Source: Octopus sinensis (taxonomy: Eukaryota). From it: a stretch of DNA of 34,851 nucleotides. Location: contig NW_021829934.1 of NCBI RefSeq assembly GCF_006345805.1, positions 1 through 34,851 of the forward strand, in the 5' to 3' direction. This document shows, in pieces, positions 31,804 through 34,851 of this stretch. The notes below the pieces were generated by a model that was given only the letters and a program-made list of their open reading frames with translations, did not search any database and had not been told where the DNA came from. Positions within the stretch are counted from its first letter, which is position 1; each line of letters opens with the position of its first letter. The translations under genes and the position numbers were made by a program.

Positions 31804-32186
31804 GATGGAAGCACTCCGTCGGTTACGACGACGAGGGTTCCGGTTGATCCGATCAACGGAACAGCCTGCTCGTGAAATTAACGTGTAAGTGGCTGAGCAC
31901 TCCACAGACACGTGTACCCTTAACGTAGTCGGGGATATTCAGCGTGACAGAGAGAGTGACAAGGCCGGCCCTTTGAAATACAGGTACAACAGAAACAGGA
32001 AGTAAGAGTTAGAGAAAGTTGTGGTGAAAGAGTACAGCAGGGATCACCACCATCTCTGCCGGAGCCTCGTGGAGCTTTTAGGTATTTTCGCTCAATAAAC
32101 ACTCATAACGCCCGGTCTGGGAATCGAAACCGCGATCCTACGACCGCGAGTCCGCTGCCCTAACCACTGGGCCATTGCGCCTCCAC
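31804..32186 (-). mobile_element. SINE family B long form with 10-bp TSD
   Basis: TSD GGTCAACACT at 31794-31803 and 32187-32196. Confidence 0.92.
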
Positions 32187-32573
32187 GGTCAACACTAGCT
32201 CTTCTTTCCCTTCTTCCAGTTACGTTAATATACATACCAGTAATATACTGTGGCTAGAGTTTATCCTTCGGTCTCTCTTTAGAAATATTTGTTTTTGCGT
32301 AAATGTTAGAAATAAAAACTGAGAGATCAATATTTATTTATATCAATAATTACCAATTGAACAAGGCATTATTTTATAGGCCCCTAAATACATGAAATGC
32401 AAAGTAAACTCCAGCAGGATTCGAAACCGTGAATATAAATATATCAAGATACTTCTTATTAACGTCCCATTACACATACGCAACTGTTTTATTCAATGTA
32501 GATCAATACTGAACTGTTTACGAGATACCATTTTCTTTCTCATAAGAACTATATTGAACTGATTGTATCGTAG

Positions 32574-32645
32574 GGTTCCATGGTGTAGTGGTTATCACAT
32601 CTGCTTAACACGCAGAAGGTCGCGAGTTCGAAACTCGCTGGAACC
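32574..32645 (+). tRNA. tRNA-Val-AAC: tRNA-Val(AAC), intact
   Basis: Consensus with T50C (C50-G64 pair); T8 terminator at 32661; N73=T. Confidence 0.92.
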
Positions 32646-33054
32646 TTTGTTTCTCTGTTATTTTTTTTAAAATTATTTTTATGTTATTGGTATTTTCTTG
32701 TTTTGTTACATGCATCACCGCTCTTTTATTCTTTCTGGCACCGCTCCTTTTATTACTCTTGTGGCTGTCATTGAAACCCAGAATATTGTAACGTGGAAGA
32801 GGCATATTCCTCATTATAGATTCTCAAATGAACATCCCTGTACTAAATGTGGTACTCTAGCATTTCTGGTAGCGAACATTGAAAAATAAATCAACATTAA
32901 ACTGTGTTCGGATATAGCTTATAACAGTTCGGATACAGTTTATAACAGTTTGTTTTGCTAAAGGAAGGACTCAGTCTCTGATGAAATCCCAACACAAGGA
33001 AGGAAACCAGTACTGGCTGATCCCCGATTTTGTCTCCACGGAGTAATTCTAGAG

Positions 33055-33273
33055 CAGTGGTTTTCAACAAGGGTTCCGCGGAACCTTAGGGTTCCGCCAG
33101 TACAGTCCAGGGGTTCCTCAAGAAGTTACAAAACTGCTAAAATCGGCAGTAATTTTTAATTCTCCTGTGCAGATATGCATGCATAAGACTATTAAATTAT
33201 TACACAGGGGTTCCTCGAGCCAGTGGAATGTTTCCTTGGGATTCCGCTCCAGCAAAAATGTTGAAAAGCACTG
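33055..33273. mobile_element. hAT (Charlie-like) MITE, 219 bp
   Basis: TIRs CAGTGGTTTTCAAC / GTTGAAAAGCACTG; 8-bp TSD TTCTAGAG at 33047-33054 and 33274-33281. Confidence 0.9.
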
Positions 33274-33424
33274 TTCTAGAGAAATACGCGATGTTTTCCC
33301 TCCGCCTAACATACTGTGTGTTGTTTCAGTATGAAGAGGTGTATGAGGTGGCACTCTGCTGAACAGTGAGTATCAACAGTTAATGCAGGAGTCAGCTAAA
33401 CACATTTCACAACACCAACCGTTT

Positions 33425-33466
33425 GGTTCTATGGTGTAGCGGTTATCACTTCAGCTTTTTTTTTTT
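33425..33466 (+). pseudogene. 5'-half-only tRNA-Val copy fused directly to a T11 tract
   Basis: GGTTCTATGGTGTAGCGGTTATCACTTCAGC+T11, followed by the same spacer that follows the 34028 gene; a shorter A-box relic lies at 33945-33962. Confidence 0.8.
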
Positions 33467-33549
33467 CATCTCCTGAGGTTAATGATTTTATTGGGGTAGG
33501 CATTGATGTCATTAGTTTATTGTATTTATTGTATTTACGCAAAGCAGGT

Positions 33550-33621
33550 GGTTCCATGGTGTAGTGGTTATCACATTTGCTTTACACGCAGAAGGTCGCG
33601 AGTTCGAAACTCGCTGGAACT
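33550..33621 (+). tRNA. tRNA-Val-TAC: tRNA-Val(TAC), probably functional (G1:U72, U28:G42 wobbles)
   Basis: Consensus with C28T, T50C, C72T; T7 at 33640. Confidence 0.78.
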
Positions 33622-34027
33622 TGTACTTGTCTAGCTTTCTTTTTTTATCTGTTTGCCTGCGGCACGATCTAAGCTGTCGATGTTTTTTATGGTTGCTCTT
33701 GTTGTTGGTTTTGTTGCTGCTGTTGCTAATCCTATTATTTAGTCTGACATTGTAAAATTTCTGGTTAAAGAAAATAAATTGCAAAGACATTTCTTTAAAT
33801 ATGTACGAGGAGGAGGAGGAGGAGGAGGGAGAGGGGTGGAAGAAGACCTCGGCGGAACGTAAGACGGACGAAATGTACCTAAGTATTTTGTCCGGTGTGA
33901 TAGATGGTTAATATTGAAGATATATAGAGACTGGCAGATCGAATGTTCCGTGGTGCAATGGTATTTTATTGGGTTAGGCATTGATGTCATTAGTTTATTG
34001 CATTTATTGTATCTGCATAAAACAAGT

Positions 34028-34099
34028 GGTTCCATGGTGTAGTGGTTATCACATCTGCTTTACACGCAGAAGGTCGTGAGTTCGAAACTCGCTGGAACC
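34028..34099 (+). tRNA. tRNA-Val-TAC: tRNA-Val(TAC), intact
   Basis: Exact consensus; T11 terminator at 34106; N73=T. Confidence 0.92.
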
Positions 34100-34209
34100 T
34101 AGCCCTTTTTTTTTTTCATCTCCTGAGGTTAATGATTTTATTGGGTTAGGCATTGATGTCATTAGTTTATTGTATTTATTGTATTTACACAAAACAACAG
34201 AAACAGCAG

Positions 34210-34307
34210 CAGCGGAATTCGAACACCTGATCTTTTTGGTACAAAGCATGTGCTTTGTACAAAGCACATGCTTTGTACCAAAAAGATCAGGTGTTCGAAT
34301 TCCGCTG
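34210..34307. repeat. 98-bp perfect spacerless palindrome derived from a decayed tRNA 3' half
   Basis: 34210-34258 is the exact reverse complement of 34259-34307; right arm aligns to tRNA positions ~26-72, ending GCTGGATCC at 34312. Confidence 0.93.
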
Positions 34308-34389
34308 GATCCATTATTACTATTTTGCTTTTTGAGTTTATTTTGTTCGTGTAAATACTGCTGTTGTTTCTGTTGACGACGTTTCACTT

Positions 34390-34601
34390 CATTTTCTTCT
34401 TCTTCCTCTTGACTCCTCCTCCTGCTCCTCCCCTGCCCCTCCTCCCCTGCCCCTCCTCCCCTGCCCCTCCTCCTGCCCCTCCTCCTGCCCCTCCTCCTGC
34501 CCCTCTTCCTGCCCCTCCTCCTGCCCCCCCTCCTCCTCCTCCTCCTCTCCTCCTCCTCCTCTCCTCCTCCTCCTCCTCATCTCCTCCTCCTCCTCCTCCT
34601 T
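34390..34601. repeat. (CCT)n / (CCTCCTGCCCCT)n-type tract
   Basis: Directly visible. Confidence 0.9.
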
Positions 34602-34851
34602 TGATTTCATCCTTTGTATCCTCGTAGAGGAGACATAGTGCTTGTTTGAAATCTGGAATGAAATATGTGTGGATTATTGATGTATCCTGTCGTGTTGACA
34701 CCAGAATATGACTGGTACTTGTCTTACAGGCACCTCGTAAGAGGTGTAACGATTTAGACGCGCTTTACAACAAGAATTGGAACAAAACGCCGTCGACAAC
34801 AACATTTCTGATCATTAATGAGGGAAGTGGTGGGTTTTAGAAACAAATAAA

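Noticed and set aside
10413-34099. The Val repeats as heads of a tRNA-derived SINE
   Set aside because: No shared 3' body, tail or TSD; conservation stops at position 73 and each copy has its own terminator, which fits tRNA genes (genome-wide copy number would settle it)

Overview
Gene-free, repeat-dense eukaryotic window. Its SINE/MITE repertoire and microsatellite load look like an octopus (coleoid cephalopod) genome; this is inferred from recalled repeat sequences, not a search. No host protein-coding gene is supportable, and nearly all track ORFs are microsatellite translations. The main biology is a ~25 kb tRNA-Val cluster: 9 intact genes (4 AAC, 4 TAC, 1 CAC) on one almost invariant 72-nt scaffold. 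Five copies differ only at wobble base 34, and all intact copies have T rather than A at discriminator 73. About 10 broken derivatives surround them: a split CAC gene, 5'-only and 3'-only halves, decayed copies, and a 98-bp perfect nested palindrome built from a tRNA 3' half. Intact genes are on the minus strand left of ~24 kb and the plus strand right of ~25 kb, among several inverted duplications. Also present: four tRNA-derived SINE families, mariner and DD37D (maT) relics, a 5'-inverted RTE-like LINE, a CRE-like endonuclease fragment, a Penelope 3' end with a hammerhead-like motif, a Helitron-like element, several MITEs and a newly expanded 38/40-bp minisatellite.
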